Positions 20,567 to 30,166 of a DNA stretch of 64,000 nt are shown piece after piece (within the stretch, counting starts at the first letter, position 1; every line of letters begins with the position of its first letter). The DNA is taken from assembly GCF_024502345.1 (NCBI RefSeq), contig NZ_JALDNN010000001.1, one strand, 5' to 3'. This DNA is from Escherichia coli. Lineage in GTDB: Bacteria; Pseudomonadota; Gammaproteobacteria; Enterobacterales; Enterobacteriaceae. The translations under genes were made by a program, and so were the position numbers. Below the pieces are notes generated by a model. The model had not been told where the DNA came from, did no database searches, and worked only from the letters and a program-made list of their open reading frames with translations.

Positions 20567-20812
20567 GTGTTGTATCTAATCGTGGGGGCAGGTCACTCGA
20601 CTTGGTTCCATTAAAAACCATGAAGTTGATATAGGGTCAAGATTTTATACGATATACACATCAAGCATCTTGCATGAGTCGCACTGACTGACCCGGGTTA
20701 GTTACCATCATATTCTTTATGGTTGAGACCATACGGAAATCAGTGAATTAAAAATATTTATTCATCCAAAACACAAATGGTTTTAAGAAAGCCTAATGCC
20801 CTTCTTGTAAAA

Positions 20813-21082
20813 TTATTCAAGATAGTCAAGTATGTTTTTTATATTGTCAATTAAGGCGACATGCAGGTCAGGGTCATCACATTCATCTGAATGGCAATAG
20901 GAAATATGTTGAAGTATAATTCTTTTTTTGAATTCACTAACTGTACACTCCAACTCATACACCGACCGTACGATATCAATACAAGGTTCATCATCGATTA
21001 AAAAATCCTGCATTTTATTATACTTATCAGTCAGATCTTCTATCATAGAAATTAATACGGGGTCATTAACTAACATTGGCAT
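20813..21082 (-). CDS. small acidic hypothetical protein (89 aa)
   Basis: ORF 20813-21232 trimmed to the ATG at 21082 after GAGGAG. Overlaps the AraC gene end by 17 nt. Confidence 0.4.
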   Translation of the reverse strand: MPMLVNDPVLISMIEDLTDKYNKMQDFLIDDEPCIDIVRSVYELECTVSEFKKRIILQHISYCHSDECDDPDLHVALIDNIKNILDYLE

Positions 21083-21470
21083 ATCTCTCCTCATAATCTG
21101 AAAGTAAAGATGGACACAGCGCTGATAAATTCCAATTCCCTTGCTTGCGGTACCGACCGGGAGGAAGATGAAACTTGTTTTTAAAAGCTCTCGTGAAAGT
21201 TTGTTGCGAATTAAAACCATACTGAAGTGCAATGTCTAGGACTGTTCTGGAAGTCAATTTCAGATCAATCGCAGCACATGATAATCGACGAGCACGAACA
21301 TATTCACCCAGCGCAACACCGGTCGTCTGTTTAAACAAACGTTGAAAATGCCATCGTGAATACCCAGACTTCTCAGCAATAAATTCTACTGGCAAGGTTG
21401 TATTCAATGAACTTTCAACCCACTGCAAAATATCTTTGACAACACTTTCAGAATATTTCCTGGTGTCCAT
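21066..21470 (-). CDS. small AraC-family regulator (MarA/SoxS/Rob-N-like, two HTH)
   Basis: IAEKSGYSRWHFQRLFKQTTG and ALQYGFNSQQTFTRAFKNKF are canonical AraC HTH pairs. Confidence 0.8.
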   Translation of the reverse strand: MDTRKYSESVVKDILQWVESSLNTTLPVEFIAEKSGYSRWHFQRLFKQTTGVALGEYVRARRLSCAAIDLKLTSRTVLDIALQYGFNSQQTFTRAFKNKFHLPPGRYRKQGNWNLSALCPSLLSDYEERYANVS

Positions 21471-21562
21471 TCTCTCCCCCCAAACCATATTCTATGAATA
21501 TATTCAAACCAGAATACGGTCTCTGAGTCTGTCATCCATGAAGAACTCAGGGACCCAACTCT

Positions 21563-24064
21563 TTATTTTCGTAATAACCTCAGGCCATTTGCCACAACCA
21601 GAAGACTGGCACCAACATCAGCAAATACAGCCATCCACATAGTTCCCATTCCCATGAGCGTGAGTACAAGGAATACGGCTTTAATACCTAGAGCGAGGCT
21701 GATATTTTGCACGAGTAAGCTGTACGTTTGTCGGGATAATTTTACAAAGGCTGGGATTTTACGCAGGTCATCATCCATTAAGGCTACATCTGCAGTTTCA
21801 ATCGCCGTATCAGTACCCATTGCGCCCATAGCAAAACCGATATCAGCTGCAGCCAGAGCCGGTGCATCATTGATACCATCACCAACCATCCCAGTGATTC
21901 CAATCCGTGAATGCTCTTCAACTGCACGATGTTTATCTTCTGGCAATTGATTCCCTCGAGCCTCATCGATTCCAACCTGAGATGCGATTGCTTTAGCTGT
22001 ATGTGGGTTATCACCAGTCAGCATAATAGTTTTAACGCCAAGTTCATGAAGTTGTTCAATCGCTTCACGGCTGCTGTTTTTAACAGTATCAGCAACAGCG
22101 AACAACCCAAGCACTTGCTTACCATCATTGAGTAAAATAACTGTTTTACCCTGGCTTTCCAGCCTTTGTACTGTTGCTTTAATCTCTGATGGACAATTAA
22201 AGTGTTCTTCAGTCAAACGCAGGTTACCAAGGTAAAAATCCTTACCTGTAATCGCGCCATGCACACCTCGCCCAACAATCGCTTCAAAGCTGTCAACATC
22301 CTGCTTTTTCAAATCAGCAGAAGCATTCACAATTGCCAGTGAAACAGGGTGATCAGAGTAACTAGCGAGACTAGCTGCAGTAGTACGAACTTCACGCTCG
22401 CTCCACCCATTGAATACCATTACGTCGGTTTGTACTGGTTTCCCATAGGTAATAGTTCCTGTTTTATCCAGCGCAAGGGCTTTTAGCTTACGTCCCTGCT
22501 CAAGATAAACACCGCCTTTAATGAGAATCCCTTTGCGAGCAGCTGCAGTAAGTCCACTAACAATCGTTACTGGCGTAGAAATAACCAGGGCACATGGACA
22601 CGCAATGACAAGCATAACTAAAGCTTTATAGATCCACTCCTGCCATGTTCCTGCCCCAAACAATGGTGGCAATACAGCAACCGCAACAGCAATACCCATA
22701 ACGACGGGGGTATAAATCTGGGAAAAGCGGTCAACAAAACGTTGTGTAGCTGCTTTGGCGCCTTGCGCCTGCTCAACGGCATGAATGATGCGAGCAAGGG
22801 TTGTATTATTTGCAGCTGCAGTGACTTTATATTCAAAAGAGCCTGACTGATTTATTGTTCCAGCAAATACAGCATCGCCCGCAATTTTATCGACAGGCAT
22901 ACTTTCACCTGTAATTGGAGCTTGGTTAATGGTGGTTTGGCCTTTGACGATTTCTCCGTCGAGACCAATTCGTTCACCTGGTTTTACCCTGACAATACTG
23001 CCCGGTTGTACGCTACTGGCGTCAACTTCCTGCCATGTTCCATCAGCTTGTTGGACCATTGCAGTTTCAGGAGTCAGGTTCATCAGGGAACCTATTGCAT
23101 TTCTGGCTCTATCAAGTGATTTGGCTTCTATCAGCTCGGCAATGGTGAATAACACCATAACCATCGCCGCTTCTGGCCACTGCCCAAGGACCAAAGCCCC
23201 AGTAACGGCAATACTCATTAGTGCATTGATATTCAAGTTGCCATTGCGAATCGAAATCCAACCTTTTTTGTAGGTTGTCAGACCACAAGAAAGCACTGCT
23301 ATCAAAGCCAACCCAGCTTCTAGCCAGTCAGGCATATCAGCCCAGTGCATCACTTCGGCTGCAAGAGCAGCTACGCCAGCAAGAGCTAATGGCCACCAGG
23401 GCTTTTTTTTCTCCTGGGTATTTTTCTTGCCGCTAGTATTATCAGAGACTTCTGGCGCGAATCCCAACGAGCGAATTGCAGCCATGATAGCTTCAAGCGA
23501 ATCCGGTGTATGGGTTACAGTCAAAACACGCTGCATCAGGTTGAAATCAAGCTCTTTAACAGCGCTCATTCCACCCAGTTTCTTTTTGATAAGATTTTCT
23601 TCAACAGGACAATCCATCTGCATAATGCGAATTTCTGTCCGTAATCCACCAGCCACAACCTGCGAGCCCCCTAGGCTACTCAATTGTTCTGGAGCAGCGG
23701 AGCAACAATCCCCCTCATGGCCGTGATCGTGGCCTTCATGAGAATGCTCTTGCGCGGCATGAGCATGGTTACATCCCTTATGATTATGCTCATCATGCGA
23801 ATGCCCTTCGCCGCCATGGCTATGGGCATCATGATTATGGCCTTCATGGTTATGGCCTTCATGGTTATGACCTTCATGGGAATGATCATCACTGCATTTC
23901 TTGTGATTATGAGCCTGCTGATCATGTGCATGATCATTTGCTTTATGTGATTCACCAGTATTCTTAACCCGGAGTCCTGTCCCTAAATTGAACGTTTCAC
24001 AGCAACTAGCCGCTTCGTCTCCTGCAGGGTTTTTGCTATTTTTTACACCACCACTCATTTTCAT
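21563..24064 (-). CDS. P1B-type heavy-metal ATPase, Zn/Cd/Pb class (ZntA/CadA-like) with a His-rich N-terminus
   Basis: CPC motif (ACPCALVISTP), [13 protein letters not shown], an MDCPVEE metal-binding domain and a long HxH-rich tract. Confidence 0.9.
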   Translation of the reverse strand: MKMSGGVKNSKNPAGDEAASCCETFNLGTGLRVKNTGESHKANDHAHDQQAHNHKKCSDDHSHEGHNHEGHNHEGHNHDAHSHGGEGHSHDEHNHKGCNHAHAAQEHSHEGHDHGHEGDCCSAAPEQLSSLGGSQVVAGGLRTEIRIMQMDCPVEENLIKKKLGGMSAVKELDFNLMQRVLTVTHTPDSLEAIMAAIRSLGFAPEVSDNTSGKKNTQEKKKPWWPLALAGVAALAAEVMHWADMPDWLEAGLALIAVLSCGLTTYKKGWISIRNGNLNINALMSIAVTGALVLGQWPEAAMVMVLFTIAELIEAKSLDRARNAIGSLMNLTPETAMVQQADGTWQEVDASSVQPGSIVRVKPGERIGLDGEIVKGQTTINQAPITGESMPVDKIAGDAVFAGTINQSGSFEYKVTAAANNTTLARIIHAVEQAQGAKAATQRFVDRFSQIYTPVVMGIAVAVAVLPPLFGAGTWQEWIYKALVMLVIACPCALVISTPVTIVSGLTAAARKGILIKGGVYLEQGRKLKALALDKTGTITYGKPVQTDVMVFNGWSEREVRTTAASLASYSDHPVSLAIVNASADLKKQDVDSFEAIVGRGVHGAITGKDFYLGNLRLTEEHFNCPSEIKATVQRLESQGKTVILLNDGKQVLGLFAVADTVKNSSREAIEQLHELGVKTIMLTGDNPHTAKAIASQVGIDEARGNQLPEDKHRAVEEHSRIGITGMVGDGINDAPALAAADIGFAMGAMGTDTAIETADVALMDDDLRKIPAFVKLSRQTYSLLVQNISLALGIKAVFLVLTLMGMGTMWMAVFADVGASLLVVANGLRLLRK
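23831..23875 (-). repeat. 3 x 15-bp tandem repeat encoding HEGHN units in the ATPase His-rich tract
   Basis: Read directly: ATGRTTATGRCCTTC x3 on the plus strand. Confidence 0.9.
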
Positions 24065-24090
24065 TGCCTCATCTGTTAACTATACTGACG

Positions 24091-24121
24091 ATTAAAGACC
24101 CTAATCTAACTAGAGGGTCAA
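24091..24121 (-). promoter_or_regulatory. MerR-type promoter/operator for the Zn/Cd/Pb ATPase
   Basis: The minus strand reads TTGACC-19 nt-TTTAAT. The dyad ACCCT-N11-AGGGT lies in the overlong spacer. Confidence 0.75.
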
Positions 24122-24139
24122 GCGCATAAGGGGGGAGGC

Positions 24140-24592
24140 ATGAAAATTGGTGAATTGGCCCGTAAGGCGGATTGTCCGGTGGAAACTATTCGGTACTATG
24201 AGAAAGAAGGATTACTTCAGGCTCCATTAAGAGATATTGAAAATAACTATCGCCGTTACAACAATACTCATCTGGAAAAGTTATTATTTATCCGACGCTG
24301 CCGCTCTCTTGATATGACCCATGAGGAAATACGTGCATTGCTACTGGCAATGAATAATCACGGTAAAGACTGTGGCCCCATTGATGCAATAATCAGTGCC
24401 CATCTCACTCATGTTCAGCATCGTATTAAAGAATTAATAGCCCTGGAAATACAACTCAAAGAACTTAATAACTATTGCAGCTCAGACCGGAGCGTGGACG
24501 AATGCGGGATAGTACAGAAATTGACTGCTGATGAAGAGAATGGTGATCTTCCTTTAACCGTACCAACTGACCACTTGGGGGGTGTGCATTAG
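24140..24592 (+). CDS. MerR-family metal sensor (CadR/ZntR/PbrR-like)
   Basis: MKIGELARKADCPVETIRYYEKEGLL. Divergent from the ATPase, and the RBS GGGGGGAGG is present. Confidence 0.85.
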   Translation: MKIGELARKADCPVETIRYYEKEGLLQAPLRDIENNYRRYNNTHLEKLLFIRRCRSLDMTHEEIRALLLAMNNHGKDCGPIDAIISAHLTHVQHRIKELIALEIQLKELNNYCSSDRSVDECGIVQKLTADEENGDLPLTVPTDHLGGVH

Positions 24593-24681
24593 TGGTGTGC
24601 GCTTATAAGTTGATTAGACTGATGGCGTAACACAAGCCCATACAGCTTTGTGCTACGCCATCATGCCCTTAAAATAAGGGG

Positions 24682-25146
24682 TCAGGCTTTTTCCATTTCG
24701 TTACCACGAGAACGACGTTGCACTGCCCCTTCTCTCTTACCGGGATGGCTTTTAGCATCAGCGGTCATTAATGTCTGGAGTATTGGGCATTCAACTCGCT
24801 CATCCCCAGCACAGCTTTTGATCAGAGCTCTGAGTGTATCTGCCATTCGTCGCATATTTTCCATACGTCGCTCTAAATCATCCATATGCTCTTGTGCCAG
24901 ACGTTTAACATCGGCGCTCTGGCGAGATTTGTCATTCCATAACTTGAGCAAATCGGCTATCTCTTCAAGAGAAAAACCAAGATCGCGCGCACTGCGGATA
25001 AAAATCAGACGATGGACATCATTGGGTGCATAATCACGGTAGCCCGCTTCGGTACGGCCAGTAGCAGGAATCAGACCAATTTGCTCGTAATAGCGAATCA
25101 TCTTTGCGGAGATTCCTGATTCGTTCGATGCTTTACCAATGTTCAT
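24682..25146 (-). CDS. cueR: MerR-family Cu(I) sensor (CueR-like)
   Basis: MNIGKASNESGISAKMIRYYEQIGLIP plus a C-terminal C...C pair (CAGDERVECP). ORF-track ORF 24682-25284 trimmed to the ATG at 25146. Confidence 0.8.
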   Translation of the reverse strand: MNIGKASNESGISAKMIRYYEQIGLIPATGRTEAGYRDYAPNDVHRLIFIRSARDLGFSLEEIADLLKLWNDKSRQSADVKRLAQEHMDDLERRMENMRRMADTLRALIKSCAGDERVECPILQTLMTADAKSHPGKREGAVQRRSRGNEMEKA

Positions 25147-25159
25147 AGCTCCCCTTTTC

Positions 25160-27655
25160 TTAGTGCTCAGAGTCTTCTGCCAGCGGAGGCTGGAACCGAC
25201 GCAAACGAAGTGCGTTGCCCAGGACAAATACACTGGATAGCGCCATCGCGCCTGCAGCAAAGATTGGTGAAAGCAGCAATCCATAGGCAGGGTACAGCAG
25301 GCCTGCTGCTACAGGGATCAATGCGGCATTATAACCAAACGCCCAAAAAAGATTTTGCCTGATGTTACCTATGGTTGCCTTAGACAATCCAATAGCATTA
25401 GGCACACCCTGTAGGTTGCCGGACATTAAGACAACATCAGCAGATTCCACCGCTATATCGGTACCTGTACCAATTGCAAGCCCAATATCTGCCACGGCTA
25501 AAGCTGGGGCATCATTAATGCCATCACCAACATAAGCGACCTTACCGTAAGACTCCTTCAACCGACGAACTGCTTCAACTTTCCCTTCTGGCAACACTTC
25601 GGCAACCACTTCATCAATACCAAGCTGTCTCGCAATCGCATTTGCTGTATTGGCATTGTCACCGGTAATCATTGCGACTTTGAGCCCCAGTTGGTGCAAT
25701 GCATTTATGGCAATCGGCGTACTTGATTTAATAGGGTCAGCGACTGCGATAATGGCAGCCAGACGTCCATCAATAGCAACATAGAGTGGCGATTTTCCTT
25801 CGTTTCCAAGGCGTATCGCAGTCTTTGAAAAATACTCGATATCCAAGCCTAACTCACGCATAAATCGATCGGCCCCGACCTCTACGCGCTCTCCGTCTAC
25901 GGTAGCCCTGACGCCCATCCCAGTAATTGAATCAAACTCAGTCAACGCTGGCAGCGATATCTCTTTTCCTAGAGCAGCTTCAACGATAGCGCGGGCAATA
26001 GGATGTTCCGAACGTGATTCAACAGCGGCAACTTTTGCTAATACTAAGTCAAGCTCAAACCCTTCGGCCAACTCCAGGTCTGTCATTACTGGGCGCCCTT
26101 CAGTCAAAGTACCTGTTTTGTCTACAGCGACAACCCTGGCATCTTTAAGCAACTGCAGAGCTTCTCCCTTACGGAACAAGATCCCCATTTCTGCACCACG
26201 CCCAGTACCTACCATGATAGAGGTTGGGGTAGCCAATCCCATTGCACATGGGCAGGCAATGATCAATACAGCCACGGCATTAACCAGTGCGAAAGACAGG
26301 GCCGGTGATGGCCCAAATGTTAACCAGGCAAGGAAAGTTAACAACGCTGCCAGCATCACCACAGGAACAAACCATAATGTCACCTTATCGACCACGGCTT
26401 GTATAGGTAGTTTAGAGCCCTGGGCTTGCTCTACCATTCTGATTATTTGTGACAACATCGTCTGGCCACCAACGGCTGTTGCACGCAACCTCAATGCTCC
26501 TTTCTGGTTAACAGTCCCGCCAACCATTAAGCTTCCGGGAACTTTCTCGACGGGGATAGGCTCCCCCGTTATCATCGATTCATCGACAAAACTTGTTCCT
26601 TCACTCACCTCACCATCAACAGGTATCCGCTCACCTGGTCGAACTTCGATAATGTCATCAAGGGCTACATCACTAATGGGAATATCGATGACAATGCCGT
26701 TACGCAGCACATGCGCCTCTTTGGCCTGCAATCCAACCAAACGCTTGATAGCCTCAGACGTTCGACCTTTAGCTCGCGCCTCCATAAATCGTCCTAAAAG
26801 AATAAGAGCGACGATTACCGCAGCAGCTTCGTAATACACATTGACGGTACCTTGAGGCAAAAGACCTGGAGCAAAGGTCGCAATCATTGAATAACCGAAT
26901 GCAGCGAGAGTCCCGACGGAGACGAGAGAGTTCATGTCTGGGCCAAGTCTTAATAACGCGGGAATACCTTTCAGGTAAAAGCGCCGCCCCGGAATAGCCA
27001 ACACCAGCAATGTTAATACAAACTGGAGATACCAGCTTTCCTGGAGCCCAATGGTATCCATTATCCATTGATGCATTCCCGGTATCACATGCGACCCCAT
27101 TTCCAGAATAAATACTGGTAACGCAAGTACGGTCGCCAGAACTAAATCTTTCTTCAACGCAACCTTTTCAGCATCTTTTTTTTCTGCGGCACTATCATTA
27201 TTCTGGCTTTGGTTATCAACCAGGCTGGCTTCATAACCGATTTTTTCGATAGCAGTTATGAGGTCATCAACTCCTGCGGTTCCACGTACAGTAGCTCTTT
27301 CAGTCGCTAAATTAACAGTGGCTTCTTTTACACCTTTAACCGCTCGGAGCGATTTTTCGACACGCCCTACGCATGATGCACATGTCATGCCCTGAACTGA
27401 TAACTCTACAGAAGCTTGAGGAACCTCATAACCAACCTTTTCAACTGCTTCAACCAACGCCATACGATTAACGAATGCATTTAGGCGGATATCTGCACGC
27501 TCTGTTGCAAGGTTAACGCTTACGTTTTGTACGCCTTCAACCTTAGCCAGAGCGGCTTCAACTCGTCCAACGCAGCTTGCACAAGTCATTCCCTCAATGG
27601 GCAAGCTGACTTGAGTTTCACCATCATTAGAATGCTGTTTTTTTTGAATGCTCAT
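25160..27655 (-). CDS. copA: Cu(I)-translocating P1B-1 ATPase
   Basis: Two N-terminal [15 protein letters not shown] domains, CPC ([11 protein letters not shown]), DKTGT and GDGINDAP. Confidence 0.9.
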   Translation of the reverse strand: MSIQKKQHSNDGETQVSLPIEGMTCASCVGRVEAALAKVEGVQNVSVNLATERADIRLNAFVNRMALVEAVEKVGYEVPQASVELSVQGMTCASCVGRVEKSLRAVKGVKEATVNLATERATVRGTAGVDDLITAIEKIGYEASLVDNQSQNNDSAAEKKDAEKVALKKDLVLATVLALPVFILEMGSHVIPGMHQWIMDTIGLQESWYLQFVLTLLVLAIPGRRFYLKGIPALLRLGPDMNSLVSVGTLAAFGYSMIATFAPGLLPQGTVNVYYEAAAVIVALILLGRFMEARAKGRTSEAIKRLVGLQAKEAHVLRNGIVIDIPISDVALDDIIEVRPGERIPVDGEVSEGTSFVDESMITGEPIPVEKVPGSLMVGGTVNQKGALRLRATAVGGQTMLSQIIRMVEQAQGSKLPIQAVVDKVTLWFVPVVMLAALLTFLAWLTFGPSPALSFALVNAVAVLIIACPCAMGLATPTSIMVGTGRGAEMGILFRKGEALQLLKDARVVAVDKTGTLTEGRPVMTDLELAEGFELDLVLAKVAAVESRSEHPIARAIVEAALGKEISLPALTEFDSITGMGVRATVDGERVEVGADRFMRELGLDIEYFSKTAIRLGNEGKSPLYVAIDGRLAAIIAVADPIKSSTPIAINALHQLGLKVAMITGDNANTANAIARQLGIDEVVAEVLPEGKVEAVRRLKESYGKVAYVGDGINDAPALAVADIGLAIGTGTDIAVESADVVLMSGNLQGVPNAIGLSKATIGNIRQNLFWAFGYNAALIPVAAGLLYPAYGLLLSPIFAAGAMALSSVFVLGNALRLRRFQPPLAEDSEH

Positions 27656-27691
27656 GATGTATTTCTCATCGTTATGGTCAGATAAAGAACA

Positions 27692-27722
27692 ACCTTAAGG
27701 CTTACCATCGTGGGAAGGTCAA
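27692..27722 (-). promoter_or_regulatory. CueR-type MerR promoter for copA
   Basis: The minus strand reads TTGACC-19 nt-TAAGGT with the dyad CTTCCCA-cga-TGGTAAG, similar to E. coli PcopA. Confidence 0.7.
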
Positions 27723-27777
27723 GCGCATTATTTTGAACATGCCGATGCCGTGGAAGGAATGGATATAAAAACCCTTT

Positions 27778-27800
27778 ACATGAACACATATTCATATGTT
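27778..27800 (+). promoter_or_regulatory. ArsR/SmtB (CzrA-like) operator upstream of the CDF gene
   Basis: ACATGAACACATATTCATATGTT closely resembles the S. aureus czr operator core ATGAACAAATATTCAGATG (recall). Confidence 0.6.
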
Positions 27801-27840
27801 ATATTGAAGGCATCATGTATAACCAACCGCTTGAGGCCCT

Positions 27841-28845
<1,005 letters not shown>

Positions 28846-28890
28846 TCAGGCCTCTGGTGATGCACTATCAATTTAGGAGGGAGAATCATA

Positions 28891-29253
28891 ATGTCCAGCA
28901 CATCAGATTGCGGCAACATACAAGACTGTTCCGCGACAGATCATGTCGCGGAGCCAGATCTATCAATGCTCTCGCAAAACGACATTGGGCAACTTTCCGA
29001 GATTTTCCATCTACTGGGGGACCAGTCAAGACTACGAATCCTGCTTTACTGTATGCGTGGTTCGGTCTCTGTAGGCGACATTGCTGAGTCGCTCCAGTTA
29101 TCACAATCTCTGGTCAGTCATCATCTGAGGTTGTTACGAAGTGCAAGGCTTGTTCGCGGAGAGAGAAAGGGTAAGTACATATTTTATAGCATAATGGATC
29201 ACCATGTAAGTCATGTTCTTCAGGACATGGTATTTCACATAGCTGAAGAATAA
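28891..29253 (+). CDS. ArsR/SmtB-family metalloregulator
   Basis: LGDQSRLRILLYCM...VGDIAESLQLSQSLVSHHLRLLRSARLV is a canonical ArsR wHTH. Confidence 0.85.
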   Translation: MSSTSDCGNIQDCSATDHVAEPDLSMLSQNDIGQLSEIFHLLGDQSRLRILLYCMRGSVSVGDIAESLQLSQSLVSHHLRLLRSARLVRGERKGKYIFYSIMDHHVSHVLQDMVFHIAEE

Positions 29254-29486
29254 CCCGAATGAATTTTGATAAGTAGAGCTTGTGTAATTCCAACTCACCT
29301 TAGTTTTTCATTACTTTGGTGAGTTGTTTCATCATTAATTTATTAAAACCTTAATAATTAACCTTTTAATAATGAAACCTGCCCCCTTCCCTTGTATGTA
29401 ATAAATACCTGATGGTTCACTATCACCAGATAAAGCGAAGTGAGCAGGCCACCTCATGAAGGAGAAACCTTGCTTTGCAAGCTTAT

Positions 29487-29508
29487 TGAATAGCCACGGA
29501 TAATCTAG
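29487..29508 (+). repeat. solo terminal-IR remnant of the IS3-family element found at 33425-38146
   Basis: TGAATAGCCACGGATAATCTAG versus TGAATCGCCACGGATAATCTAG at 33425 (21/22 match). Confidence 0.7.
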
Positions 29509-29510
29509 TT

Positions 29511-29550
29511 TGTCTGCTTCGTGCCAAAAGCGGACATTGCTACATCACAA
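29511..29550 (+). repeat. hairpin repeat copy 1 (TGTCTGCT-loop-AGCGGACA) plus 10-bp TACATCACAA
   Basis: Read directly. The partner copy is at 32483-32518. Confidence 0.85.
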
Positions 29551-29637
29551 TGCGTTATGGTCAACATCAGAATGCAGCCCTTGTGTTGTGACGTGTAGTC
29601 TGGCCTAAACGCAGTTGCACTACATTACCTCGTGGGG

Positions 29638-29886
29638 TCAGCGACGGCCCCGTTTCAGTTCACGTACACAGGGATCATACTCATCTGCATAGCCACCAAA
29701 GTCATGGCTGGGCATGAAGTACCACTTTTCACCTTTCCAACCAGCGATCCGGGTGGTCGGTTTGGTTTTATTCAGAACAACAATACAGACGCCGACGGGA
29801 GACACTGGAGGAAGAAGTCGTTGCACCACACACTCACGATTGCCCACATCAATCCAGTCTTTGACGTGAATTTCAGGATGGTTCAT
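29638..29886 (-). CDS. hypothetical protein (82 aa)
   Basis: ORF-track ORF, co-oriented with and downstream of the AAA_13 ATPase, inside the hairpin-bracketed segment. Confidence 0.4.
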   Translation of the reverse strand: MNHPEIHVKDWIDVGNRECVVQRLLPPVSPVGVCIVVLNKTKPTTRIAGWKGEKWYFMPSHDFGGYADEYDPCVRELKRGRR

Positions 29887-30166
29887 TGTTTATCTTCATG
29901 TGATGGAATTGCTTACCGTAATGCATCCGATTACCGTGCAAGATCATGTATCCTGTCGCCTTCCTGCTCCCTTGAGGTGGCGCTGCCTTGGTACAGTCAG
30001 CACTCTGAATGTCAGGCCCAGCCGCGAGGCCGGAAGCTCATCAGGTCGCTGCGGTAGGGGAAAACGGTCCGGGTAACAGACCGTAATCGCCTGCTGGTGG
30101 TTATTGGCCCTGACTGGAGCCGCACTGAAAACTGAAGCGCATTAATATACTCGCGCCTCCGACAGG

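Larger units (their letters stand above)
19375..20595 (+). mobile_element. IS3-family element, IS407 group (IS1222-like), 1221 bp
   Basis: Imperfect roughly 40-bp terminal IRs (TTACCTGCTCCCC... versus the reverse complement TGACCTGCCCCCACG..., both ending GTTAGTAA). orfA and orfB lie inside. Confidence 0.8.

Noticed and set aside
23680-23955. ORFs of 91 aa (minus) and 88 aa (plus) in the His-rich tract
   Set aside because: They are low-complexity frame artefacts inside the ATPase coding region.
25147-25284. N-terminal extension of the cueR-like ORF (track start 25284)
   Set aside because: The extension overlaps the 3' end of copA and lacks MerR homology. The canonical MNIGKAS start at 25146 gives a normal-length protein.
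26118-26834. 238-aa plus-strand ORF
   Set aside because: It is antisense to copA and has an Ala/Ser/Thr/Pro-rich composition typical of shadow frames.
29373-29390. TGAAACCTGCCCCC resembling the IS407-group terminal IR
   Set aside because: Only a 10-nt core matches (ACCTGCCCCC). No adjoining IS sequence is present, and the orientation does not form a composite with the element at 19375-20595.
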